Part shown: one piece after another, positions 63,153 through 64,000 of the stretch
Layout: every line of letters starts with the position of its first letter
How positions within the stretch are numbered: the stretch's first letter is position 1
Origin: Mobula birostris
Taxonomy: Eukaryota
DNA: 64,000 nt
Direction of reading: 5' to 3'
Assembly: GCF_030028105.1 (NCBI RefSeq)
Contig: NC_092379.1
Location: 25,785,821-25,849,820 of the forward strand
Position numbers and translations under genes: made by a program
The notes under the pieces: model-generated
Databases searched by the model: none
What the model saw: only the letters and a program-made list of their open reading frames with translations
What the model was told of the DNA's origin: nothing

Positions 63153-64000
63153 GTAATATAACCCCTGACATCTCACTGAAACTGTCTTGAACTCAACGTA
63201 CTATTCCCTGGCGCTAAGCTTTGCCGTAGTGGATGTCAACATTATTTTACCTTCAACAGACTTCTAGGGTCTCCGATCGCCTCGACACCGACGATTAGAT
63301 TGATATCGACTGTGAATACAAAGTGACAAGCAAGGTTTCCTATGGTACGTATTTCTTAAAATACGGACCAAAAAAAGAAAAACAGTTGCTTGTCTGCAGT
63401 GTTACTCTTATCCACATTTTCTGCTATGAGGAGCCATGACGGAATGTTGCATCCAAAGGCTAAAAATGTCATCACACTCATCCGAGGCTGAGGTAGGGAT
63501 TGTCAACTCGTCAAACGTACCTGCCATCAAGATCCGGGCAGAGGCTGAATTACGTCAAAAAGTGGTCTAAGAACTGAAACATTCTCTGGAAGCATGGGGC
63601 ATAATTCTCAAAATCAATACATAGCAAGTAATCACATATTTTTTGAAAGACCGTCCGTTTAATGGCGAATGAGATAGACTCATCCATTGATAGGCCATCT
63701 CTGTCACACATGTTGAACGTCAGGCGGTCATGGGAGGAGCTTCCTCACCCGGAATAAATACACAACACAGAATTAGAACCACCAACTGTCCATTAACAAA
63801 CCTGTCGTTGAAAGTTCACTGTCCAAATCTGAAGGAGATTCTGCCATAACTGTGCAGGCTGTATGGTCCATGTCCATGCCACTTCAGAAATCTTCCCCGT
63901 TGACGATGGGAGTCTTCTTTTTTTTCACACTTTGGCTTTGCTTACGGCGTGAGTACATTTCACACATCCACAATATGTTGATTTTAAATCTGTCTGAGCC

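Noticed and set aside
63250-63990. Possible Rex1-like endonuclease remnant on the minus strand
   Set aside because: Motif resemblance is too weak to call without an alignment.

Overview
Eukaryotic, repeat-dominated vertebrate DNA. The repeat repertoire (CR1 LINEs with short tandem tails, Rex1/Babar-like, Penelope-type termini, BEL and Gypsy LTR elements) points to a cartilaginous fish, probably a ray; this is inference, not a database match. The window lies in an antigen-receptor variable-gene array. It holds one apparently intact TCR alpha/delta-type V segment (leader 2503-2548, V exon 2628-2934, canonical 23-RSS 2935-2973), one paralogous V pseudogene (20268-20736) and possibly a third, heavily decayed V remnant (~34916-35200). 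The rest is mostly decayed, often nested transposons. Most notable observations: (i) two very young short insertions (226 bp and 120 bp), each with a 13-bp target-site duplication and an intact minimal type-I hammerhead ribozyme core, one forming a 94-bp-arm near-perfect hairpin; (ii) a CTCF-like motif starting exactly 27 bp after the RSS nonamer end in both V segments, plus a stronger, oppositely oriented CTCF-like motif at 35271. Most short ORFs in the supplied track are transposon debris or spurious. All alignments were made by eye, so boundaries of old repeats are approximate.
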